Below are positions 10,993 to 22,000 of a stretch of 64,000 nt of DNA, piece by piece. Within the stretch, counting starts at the first letter, position 1, and each line of letters starts with the position of its first letter. Where the stretch lies: the IMG/VR virus record IMGVR_UViG_3300044614_000912, positions 68,558 through 132,557 of that record; one strand, given 5' to 3'. Below the pieces are notes generated by a model. The model saw nothing but the letters and a program-made list of their open reading frames with translations. It ran no database searches and was not told where the DNA came from. This DNA is from a virus. A program made the position numbers and the translations under genes.

Positions 10993-11330
10993 GTTTGTGG
11001 GTTTCTATACTGCGAACTATAAATATTAAATCTTTGTGTTGCTAATTCAAGTAATGACATTGGATTAAATTGTATAACGCCTTGAGTATTATCATAATGA
11101 ATATATGGGTTGACTATTGTAAAATCATTGATACCAGCAGCGCCCGTTACTGATCTTGAATACAAACCATTAGATAGTGCTTGGTTTTGGGGCCAAGCTA
11201 AACCAACTGGTTTAACAATAGGAATAGCATTGGAATTAACAGGAAATTCTGGGGCTTGGGTTGTGGTTATAGATTGACCCGGAGGTATAATTGTACCGGG
11301 AGGTATTTCTATCAAATTTCCGTATGACAT
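10989..11330 (-). CDS. Small tail-module protein
   Basis: 113-aa ORF tightly coupled to both neighbours. Confidence 0.55.
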   Translation of the reverse strand: MSYGNLIEIPPGTIIPPGQSITTTQAPEFPVNSNAIPIVKPVGLAWPQNQALSNGLYSRSVTGAAGINDFTIVNPYIHYDNTQGVIQFNPMSLLELATQRFNIYSSQYRNPQT

Positions 11331-11331
11331 A

Positions 11332-13005
11332 TTAGGTATTTAACTCGTATGTCCAGTTTAAACTCAGACTATAGCTGCCACTTTTTGCATCCCAAGTTTC
11401 GCTTGGTGGACTAAGAAAATATTTTCTCACCCCGATCTCTTGTGCTGGGCTGTAAGCAGAAATAATAGAATTGATTTGACTCCTAAATGGTTCTACTAAA
11501 CTTGGCTTTGATAAAATACCAAAATTACGAATTTGATTGACATTTGGGTTTGGTATATTAGTTATAGACTGATAATATTTTCTATCCATAACTAAATCTA
11601 TATTAACACTTCTTTGATATTCTGTTCTACCGCCGATATATTGTAAAACTGGACCGGTGGCTCTTCCTATCACTGGAATAACAGCAAAAACATCTCCGGG
11701 GTAAGTATCATTTACTGAAACACTTTCCGATAAAACACCACTAACCAAGTTGGATGGTCTATCATTATACTCTATATTATATGTTATCTCCCCGGTAAAT
11801 TCATTAGTTCCTATGCTAACAGACAATGGTTGATGATTAAGTGATAAATTTGTTAAATTACTGGCTCTTCTAAAAATATGACAATTAGGACCAAACGCTC
11901 CATTATTTGTTATTTGATAATACTTTAGTGAAGCGTTTTGATATGGAGTATTTCTTGGTGTAGTATCATTACCTCCAAAAATAGAACCGCTAGCTGGTGC
12001 AGAAGTTAATCCTTTAATGGTCCCATTTACAGATACGGTTGAAACAGTATCAGTAATAGAGCTAGACAATGATAGGCTATAGTTTTCATATGCTGTTCCA
12101 CTAGAAAGTAACCAAGTGTCATTTAGCGTGTATGATCCAGCCGTTTTATCAATAGTTTCTGTACGAAGATGATTATACCCACCAAATATATTATTGGCTA
12201 AGTTGATAGTACCACTTGCTATATGTCCACCAACACTATTGCTAGGATAATTAGCATGACCTAAATTACCACTAGAGCTAGCAAGAAATTTCATTACGAA
12301 TTGCTTGGCTTGCGAAACGGGATGATTAGATTCATCACACCCATCGCCGCCGCGTTTTCCAGTAGCACTCAAAGTTCGTGTAACACGATAATTTCTCATT
12401 GTATAATGAGGGGAAGATGATGGATCATAAGTATTTCCATTTCCTTCTTCTGGTTCTATTGACCAGCTTTCTGAAAAGTCTTCAACAAATCCACCAAACT
12501 GAGTTTTATAATCGGATAATGACATGCCGGAAGGTCCACCGTAACTACCGGCACCAATAATACTGTCATTATTATCTAATAAGAATCCAGCTTCAAGTTC
12601 TATAGTATAATTACAAGTGTTTACCCAAACACCTTGATCAAAATTCATTGATACAAGCTTTGGATAAAATGTAAATACTGGCTCATTACCATCTATCGAT
12701 AGTACTTCAATTTTATTACACTTATCAGCAAATAGATTTCTTAACGCCGCCTGCTTTTTAAGAATACTCCCCAATTTTTCTTCTACGGGAACGACTTCGC
12801 TAGGTGGTCTAGGATCATAAGCTGTTGCAAAAGCACCGCTCTTAAAGGGGGAACCTTCATCATCTAAAATAGTGCCTGTCAGAGTAATAGAATAAGAGCC
12901 ACCACCAGTGCCACCTTTATTTTGTGAAGAGGTCCATGCCAATGAAATAAGAGGGCATGGACGTATGATTTGAGCGGCTGTACCGCCTTGATAAACAATA
13001 ATCAT
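11332..13005 (-). CDS. Tail protein, possibly distal-tail-like, with repeated beta modules
   Basis: 557 aa with internally repeated S/Y-x-I-T-L-x-G strands; located in the tail operon. Confidence 0.55.
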   Translation of the reverse strand: MIIVYQGGTAAQIIRPCPLISLAWTSSQNKGGTGGGSYSITLTGTILDDEGSPFKSGAFATAYDPRPPSEVVPVEEKLGSILKKQAALRNLFADKCNKIEVLSIDGNEPVFTFYPKLVSMNFDQGVWVNTCNYTIELEAGFLLDNNDSIIGAGSYGGPSGMSLSDYKTQFGGFVEDFSESWSIEPEEGNGNTYDPSSSPHYTMRNYRVTRTLSATGKRGGDGCDESNHPVSQAKQFVMKFLASSSGNLGHANYPSNSVGGHIASGTINLANNIFGGYNHLRTETIDKTAGSYTLNDTWLLSSGTAYENYSLSLSSSITDTVSTVSVNGTIKGLTSAPASGSIFGGNDTTPRNTPYQNASLKYYQITNNGAFGPNCHIFRRASNLTNLSLNHQPLSVSIGTNEFTGEITYNIEYNDRPSNLVSGVLSESVSVNDTYPGDVFAVIPVIGRATGPVLQYIGGRTEYQRSVNIDLVMDRKYYQSITNIPNPNVNQIRNFGILSKPSLVEPFRSQINSIISAYSPAQEIGVRKYFLSPPSETWDAKSGSYSLSLNWTYELNT

Positions 13006-13006
13006 A

Positions 13007-16000
13007 TTATTTTCCTCTGATTCTTAGATTGAGATTATCAGAATAACTTCCTACCCCACTAGCCATGAATAACATTAATCCAGACTCGGATACAATTATT
13101 GGGTCTGGAGTATGTACGTATAATAACATTCCAGATGGCTCGTTGGAAATTATTCCATCGACGGAGCTAGTGTACAGTCCTAAATCATTATACACATTAA
13201 TTATGCTGTCTACACTAGTAAATAGATTGATATTCCCAGATGCATTTTGTGCCCCATCGGTAAATAGGGGTAAATTACCGCTATTTGGAATTCCGAAGAA
13301 ATAGGTGCCTTCTACAGATTTAATATATGGTCGATGTTCGATAAAGCCCTTTAATACTGGGTCTTGTCCAGATGCTTCTACGAATATTTCACCTTGATAA
13401 TTACTATATATGATACCAGTTGCTTTATATTCCTTATTGGCGTCCAAATTATTCTTGAAAGACAAGAAGATTGCTGGATCGCCAGATGCATTTGTTTCTC
13501 CAAAGAATTTGGCGTCAATAAATGAATCTGGACTTTGTATGGCTGGAGCTTGACCTCTTAACATAATATCAGTGATAAATGCGGCACCAGCGCCGGTAAC
13601 AAATTGATCGTAACTTAGAGGTAATCCAAGTTCATCATAAGCATATTGTTCTCTATTTGATGTTTCGCTATGCGATCCACCAATAATTGTGTAATCAGCA
13701 TCTGTTCGTTTTGATCTATCTAAAGCGACTGATTCTCCAAATCTGTCAGAAACGTCTGTGCCATATAATGTATACTCATGGTAAAATGGTGCGTTTTCTA
13801 CTAGTTTTTCTACATAAACCCATTCTTGCTTCTTGGTGGGCCAATCTACTATCTTGTTTTCAAATGTAAAAATAGCACCCATATTTATAATAGTATTAGC
13901 ATTTACAATTGATGGATCGTAGGTATTTCTTATTCCAGAATTGCCAAGATCAATAACGGCCCTAGATGGAATACGGAACTCTGGATTGAAACATCTTCTA
14001 ATAAAATCTCCAGAGCCATTAATGACATAGTTGCCATAATCATGACCCGGAGCGCCGATAGCAATAATATCTCCGTCTATATCTATATCGCTACCAAATT
14101 TATCTCCCATAATTTCAATGCCAGAATTTGATCCAACATTGATACTATCTGGTCTTAACTTTTGAGTAAATGACCAAGGGGTAAATGTACCATGTAATCC
14201 ACTGCCCTTATTGTTTCTTTCAAATAAATATGCCGCTCCAGCACCACCATTATATGATAGTTCTATACCGGATGTTGATCCTCCATCTAATATATAATCC
14301 CAAGAAGATATTTCTTCTCTAGAATAAGCACTGAATGGTGAACCGACAACAAGTTTATTTTTGTATAGTGCTACAGAATAACCGAATAGATCGCCGGGGA
14401 ATCCAGATTGTGTGATGTCAAAGTCAAGGTAATCATAACCTTTTTCTTTCATTAAATCTGGCATACCGCCACCAATGCCAGCATCTCTATAAAGCTTACC
14501 GTCGATAACGCCACTGAACATAGCGGTTGCACCGTGAGATGTTTGTATGCCCTTAAAGCCGCTTATAATACCCTGTTTGATGTTTTCAATTTCTTCCGAA
14601 GTTGCACCATCGGGCCAAGGATTCTTCTTGGGGCGTTTAACAAACTTGGGATCATATCTAGATTCTTTATTAGAAAATGATGATAATCCAACGGGCGATC
14701 CAGCAAAATCACCAAACAAGTGAGCCAAGCCGCTATTATTCACAATACTTCTATACTTTTGTGGACTTCCTCTTTCTGGGGGCATAATCTTAGTCATAAT
14801 AGTATACTGTCTTCCAGAATTTGTATCCGGCCAGTTAGTATAAGGATAGAGGCTTCTTAAGAATCTCACAGTTTCAGAACTCATGCGGAAGTTATCATCT
14901 CCCATGCATTGACCTTGAACAAGGCTAGAATCAGAAATTAAGGTAATTCTTGATCTTGCTACTCCTGTCATGAATTGTGAAAAATGTTCGATTTCTTGTG
15001 CTACTATTACAGGACCGTCTGCGATTTGCTTGTGACCGAGTGTATCTTCACATCCATCAGCGCAGTAAACGGTATTGTCATTTAATATAGGCGATACAAT
15101 AACCTCTGTTAAGGTTTGTGCTGGTTGAGGATCAGAAATACGATAATATTCATTTCTATCAAACACTTGATAAAATTCTGGTATTCTTACTGTTTCTATT
15201 GGTACTAATACTCCAGAAATACCCAATAATCGCGTTGTCTTTGGTATATAGGAATTTGTTTTAACGGATAACCTTTCATTGTTATTCGCTATATAGAAAT
15301 TGATTGTTGATGCTTCTCGTATAACCTGTGCATCAAATGAATATGTTACTGGTTTATTTTCTATGCTATAGGTGGCTCTTCGTAAGTTTCCTAGTTTATC
15401 AACTGAATATCCAGCACCCAAATCATAACCAAATAATCCTTCTGTATCTGAATCTGATGGATTAGTAGTAATTCTCATGTTAACATTTTGAGTGGCGATA
15501 AATAGGTCTTCTGTTTCAGCCGGTGTTTCTGATATTGTGGTAATGAAAATCTTATAACCAGAACCGGGAAGTGCAGGAAAAGAAACCTTAGTTACGCCAG
15601 ATAATGACTTCCAATAACCATTTGTAATAAATTTCTTATCGTAGATTGGTCTATAGTCATAACATACTGGAACAGTATTTTCCACTAGTGCTATTGGCGT
15701 GAATCTACTTTGTGATACAACTTCAAAATATTCTATAGATGTATTTACATTCCATCCTGTAGATACTGGGTGAATAGAATTAAACTCTAGAGATTCAGCG
15801 CCATCAACGACCGCATATTGATCAAGTACTGGTAGATATAATGGTTTAATTCTGCTACCAATCATATCAGATAACTGTTTAGCCAACAGAACCTGTGAGA
15901 TATTATTGTCATATGTAATGATAAGCTTTTTATTTGGTCCGTTTAACCAAGATAGAAGATCGGTAAGTTCTTGTTGTGATGGTAAACCAGCGGGATTTGC

Positions 16001-19000
16001 TATCCAGCATACATCGTATTGATCTAACAGTGTGATTACATTCTCATCTACTGTGTTGCCAACGTTTTGAAATAAGTTAAACAAAAACGAATCTGGATAT
16101 GCATCAATGAAACTAGTTCTCTTTGTCCAACCACCTAATTGTGCAATTAAAGATTCACCGTCTATCGTTCTACCAACTAGATTGGCGTAAAAATTAATAT
16201 TTTGATCGCCAAAGCCAGAATATAGATTATTTTCTGATTCGGTGAAAACACCCGCTATGAATACCAACTTAGAAGATTTGTTAGCTAATGTTTCTTCAAC
16301 GCAATAATATCCACGATTAGAAGCAATTTGTTTGTCTTCTAGAATTTCGGATTGAGGAATCGCATTAGCCATTATCAATGATTGTCTATCATCAAAAATT
16401 TCTGGAGTGTAAAATAAACCATTAGAATTAATTTGACCTTCATTAAGATTCAAATAGGATGATGTATTCTCGCCAGAATTCCAAATAAATGCTACGCTAG
16501 ATGGTGATATAGGAGCATCAAAAATAGTTTGGAATCTAGACTCTTCTACAGTCCTATATACTGGATATACTCCAGACACGGCTGGGGATGCTGGTATATT
16601 TGTTATTTTTGTCACATAATCGCCAGCCACTATCAATGGAACTGGTTCTTGCTGTGGGAAATCAAACGGTCCAACTTGCGGAACACAGCACGGTGGAGAA
16701 TATGTTCTAAACATGTAAGCCCAATTTACTGGATAATATACCCATTGATCTTTACAGTTTTTGCATCTATCTGTCCACTCTGCTCTAAGATCGCCTAGAT
16801 GCTTGAGTGGTAATTCGCATTTTTCATTAATAACTTCAAATGCTGACTCTCCAGAATCTATCAATTCTGATGGTAAAGCATCATTTTTAGATGTACATGG
16901 CATAAACTGGGCAAATTCTGGACTGTCTTTTAAGTACATGCGAATATCAGCAACGCCATAAGCTTTTGTGGTGATCGGCTCAATATATGATGGGGTTGTG
17001 TTACGCGGTATATAAGATGGTAGAGCCATTGAGCATCCAGAAGATAAAGCCTCATAAGAATTTCTGGCAGGATATAGTCTTAATCTAGACTTGACTCTAT
17101 CCAAAATCTTATTTATAATGCTGTTGGATGTTTCATATATTCCATTCTTTTCCCATATTGGATCGTTTCCAACCAGCACAAGATTTCTATCTCCTAATGC
17201 TAGCCAATTAAGAATGTTGTCTGTGACTTCATCGCTTAAAGCATCTACTTCTGGAGTAATAATGAATGCTAAACCCGCCTCTTGTGGAATATTAACTTCT
17301 GTAAATTCTGTCTTTCTGAAGTTCATGTCGCTAAATGCTGAAGCAAGATAATTGAAATGACCAGAATCTTCTGGAAAATCCATACTTTCTTGTAGATTTC
17401 CAAATTTTCCGAATTCTACGACACTATTATGTGGGTAATATTTTCTAGCTTCAAACAATCTGACGGCACCGGCATTTGTACTATTTATCCAGCTTGGACT
17501 AATTAGATTAGTATTTAGATTTTCATCATTATTTGGATCATTATATCCTTCATTTTTATACCAAACATTTCCATCTTCCCATTCATTAAAGCTATCAGTT
17601 GGGGCACCAAATGCAACAACTGTGCCATCTTCATTTACAGCAACGCTATAACCCAATCTTGATGTAGGAGCAAAATGTTCTGGTATGAAACTCCAAGTAC
17701 CAAAATTATAACTGATATTGCCATATCCATATGTGTAGATATTTTGATACTCTTGAATATTAAGATATTTTCTAGCTTCAAATTTTTCAGTTGAATCTAG
17801 TTTGGAATAAAGGATTTGATTTGCGTATTCTATTCCATAGGTATTCGACCATATTGCATAATCGGTGATCATATTCCTATATCTAGCAAATAAACCTCCA
17901 GTAATGGCATTTTTGTATCCAAGCCAAGAAAATAGACCAGCATAGAGTCTATCTTTTTCTTCTGGCTTGTACTCATAAACCTTACAAGCTTCTGAAATGT
18001 ATGGCGATCCAATGGCGATGACTTCTGTATCATCACTAATTGCTACTGCATGTCCAAATCTGTCTGGAATACCATATGTTATATTTGGAGAACGTATTTC
18101 TTGAACAAGATTCCATGCGCCGCTTTCTTTTTCAAATACATATACTCTGCCGCCGCTTTCTGGAGGATAATTAAACTGTGATAGATTTTCATTAAAGAAT
18201 TCCTGACCAACTCCAGATGTAAGATACTTGACTTGATTGTTGGATACAAGTCTTCCTGTATCAAGAACTTCCCCAAGAATAGTTTGGGACATGAATACCC
18301 AATTTTCTGCCGCACCAAAATCAGATTGATATTCTACAAATGCTCCAGAGCTTTGAATTCCATAAAAATCTCTTAATCCACTAGCAAAGCTATAGTTTAG
18401 ATAATAGTCTCTAAACATATTTTTAGCCTTACCCAACGCACCACGCATAGAAGCACTATCATCAACATACAATCCTAATATTGGTGGAATATTATTATGA
18501 ATTTTTGTCTCATCGTATGGGAAAGCCTCATTAAAGGCTTCTTTGATACCACTTAAAATTCTTTCATTTTGTTCTGGAGTTGGGATTCCTTTTACTCGTT
18601 CAATTTGTTTTTTGATGATAAAATTTGGTTTTGGTTCTGGAAACTCTTTAACGGTGACATTAGTAGAATTCTTAGTTGGTTCACAAATAATTAGTTTAAC
18701 GTCAAAACGAATTGGTGGTTCAGCAAAATATCTAAACAATAAGTCTTTGTTGTATATGGTGTCTAGTATGTCTTCGTAACTGTAATTTGGTCGTGGTTTT
18801 TTACCGGGGGCTGGTATAACTGGAGTAAATTCGTCAGTAAAGATCATTACTCCGATTTGTACGCCGGATGTATATAAATCCTCAAAATCTCTTTGCCATT
18901 TGGCACTAGGACCACCAACTACAAGAACTTCTCGTTTATTTTCTCCAAATGATTTATGAGTATCTGAAGCAGCTATATCAAGACTATGGCCGAACTGTCT

Positions 19001-22000
19001 GCCTTCTTGACCAACATTCCATTTTCTTTGAATCACAGTGGCTGGAAGTTCGATATTATCAATCTTGTTGGTTTCAATTCTATCATAGTAATCTTTTCTT
19101 AAACCAGATGGTAGATATAATCTTTCTTCCAGATACCAAGGCGATTTTTGCGTTCCATCGGGCCAACTATATCCACTTGGTCTATTATCTCTTCTAAAGA
19201 TATAAACAGCACCGGCTTCATCTAATGTACTAGTTACAAGGTTGCCACTAGAATCATATTCTGTATATGTAATATCATGACCGGGAGCGCCTATACAAGC
19301 TAGATTATTTTTGACTGCAACAGATTTACCAAATTTTTCATTGATTTGCCTTAAAGTAGAGCCTTGGTTACTATTTGGTGAATCAGCAGTAAGTTTTCTA
19401 TTAGTATAATTTGTATAACCATTATTTACTACTAGATCGTTAACAACTATTTCATCTGTTCCATATTCGCTTTCGATATATTCTGTTGGTAATTCTATAG
19501 TATTTTTACTTCCTGTCTTACCAATTACATTAACAAAGTATGGAGCCTGTGGTATAAGATTTGTGTACTTTCTAAGCCCGTAGAAGTGTCCACTATATCC
19601 AATTTCTGTCTTAAATCCACTTGTTTCCAAATTAGTGTATGTGTTCTTCGCTCTGAATATTCCTCCGTCAACGCAATCATTTGGTGTTGACCATATATCT
19701 TCGTGTAGAACAACTGATTCTTCTGTGCAGGAGCCAACATTTTGACAATTACCATAGCATAATAGTTCAACACCGCGTATTTCATCGTTTGCTTCTAGAT
19801 AAGCATATCTATTGTCATCAACAGCAATATTCTTGCCGGGATAATCACTATTCCAAGTAATTGTGTATTGTTGTGAGCCGGTGGCGCTGAATGCTGGATA
19901 ATTAACCAAGAATAGATTTACAGATGAATCTATATTTGTTACATCGAAATCTTTGCCACTAATCCATAGATTCATTCTTTCGCCGCCATCTACCAACGAA
20001 ACTGGTACTGGTGGAGAATTTATGAACATTGGCATAGCTTCTCTATAAATTACAGATACCCTCAATGGAGAAGCTTGCATATGCATAGTCATAGAAGAAC
20101 TATTGCTCTCTATGAGTCCTACGCTCTTAGTAAAGAGTTGAATAGAACCGCTAGCAGATTGATCTTCTATTCTATTTGTAATTGTAATCGGGAGAATTTG
20201 TTCATCGAATTTGTTATATCTACCAGACACATATAAGTTAGGGCCAAGATAGTAATCCTCACCGGCGGTGGCACCAAATAATTGAGAAGTAGAACTATTA
20301 ACAGAGCCTTTATTAAAAGTGAAGAGTCTAACATTTTGTGGGGTAGCATAATACGCTGAACCAATGAACATATTAACATTATCAGAGCTAACATCTGGCA
20401 GTGTGCCGCTGGTATAAAGCTGGAAGTCATCAGCAATAGTTCCGCGACCATAAACATATAAGTTAACGTCTTCTAGCCACTTCTTTTCTCCGTTTGAGAA
20501 TAGATTTAGTGAAGTATTAACATTTTCTTCTGATATCAGCGCATTCTCTAGTCTTACATTGGCTGAGTGTAATTTAATTCTTGATTCAAAAGGCGAACCA
20601 GATGGATACACTAAATCATATTGTAAGTACATCTGATTAATATCAGTGGAATAGTACTTAGTATCAAATTCTGTAATGCTTCTTTCTACATCAAAATTTG
20701 CCCAAGGCTCAGATGTGTCTATCAAATCTTGGTAAGTAAATTTGCTAGAAATCTTCTGCCAGCATCCAGATGGTTCTAGATAATGAATTGCTCTATTAAT
20801 CAAACCCCAATTTCTCTTACTTGGAGCATAAGATGGGTCTTGACTTGGGGTATACAAACTTACTATAAGTTTAGGACCGATATCTCCATTAGGCCAAATG
20901 ATGTTATTAAATGTTTCGTGTTCTAAAATTGTGTCAACTACCAATGCATCTTCTACAAAATTATATCCCCTCGGCAATGTCTTAGAAATTCTTGGATGTG
21001 CAGAGTAAAAATTGCCACTCGATGAAACGTCTGATAAGTATAGTCTTAAAAAGTCATTCTCTATTTGCGTGTGATATGCTAATCCAGAAGCCAATACATT
21101 AGAAGGTAATGGTAGGTTTGTTATTTGTGAATATCCAGAACCATGATGATTAATACTATGTAGTATATAATCTCTTCCAACTCTTTGAGTTAAGAAATCA
21201 AAGTCTGGTGAGAACTGACAAACTTTAAAATCACCTAAATGCCAACTATCTGTATCTTCTGATACCAATGTATTAAGAATATTTCTATCATCATGCCATG
21301 ATTCATTAGATGACCAATACTTATTTCTTTGTGATGCAAAAAATGATGGTACATCCGACGCCTTATAGAAACTATCTCTAAATCCTGTCTTGCTAGTAGA
21401 TATAGCCCCACTAGACTCTGGATACGAAATGCTAGAGAATGGAGTAAATCTTAAATTAGTCCTGTTATAAAATAAATTGCTTTGCTGAACTATAGCTTTA
21501 TTATGTGTTGATATTCCAATTTCACTAACAAACATATTTAATCCGACACCAGATGCTGGACAATGACCAATCAATAAATCATTATTACTTGGATTAAAAG
21601 ATACTATTCTTAGATTACCAATACTTCCGAAAGGAGCAATAAAGCCTCTATTTAATGTCCAAGCACCTTGAGAAATTTCATTATCGGTATACAAAAACAT
21701 GGAATTTGCCACGCCTAAAGAAGCATATGGTTCTTTGAATGTAACCATAGCTGACATGGGGAATTTGTATGCTGAATAATGTGCGGAATCTCTAGCCTTT
21801 AACATTACTCCAGAAATATAAGCATAAGCACACAAATGACCATTTTCATATCCAAGAACAAAACCTTGCTGTGAACCAGCATCCCACTGAGACATAACAA
21901 CGCCAGAATTGATTAAATTAAAGTTTGATCCACTTACTGGTAAGTCCGGTGAGAATCTAATATAAAAAGCAAATCCTTTAGAAGTATCAACTTGACCAAA

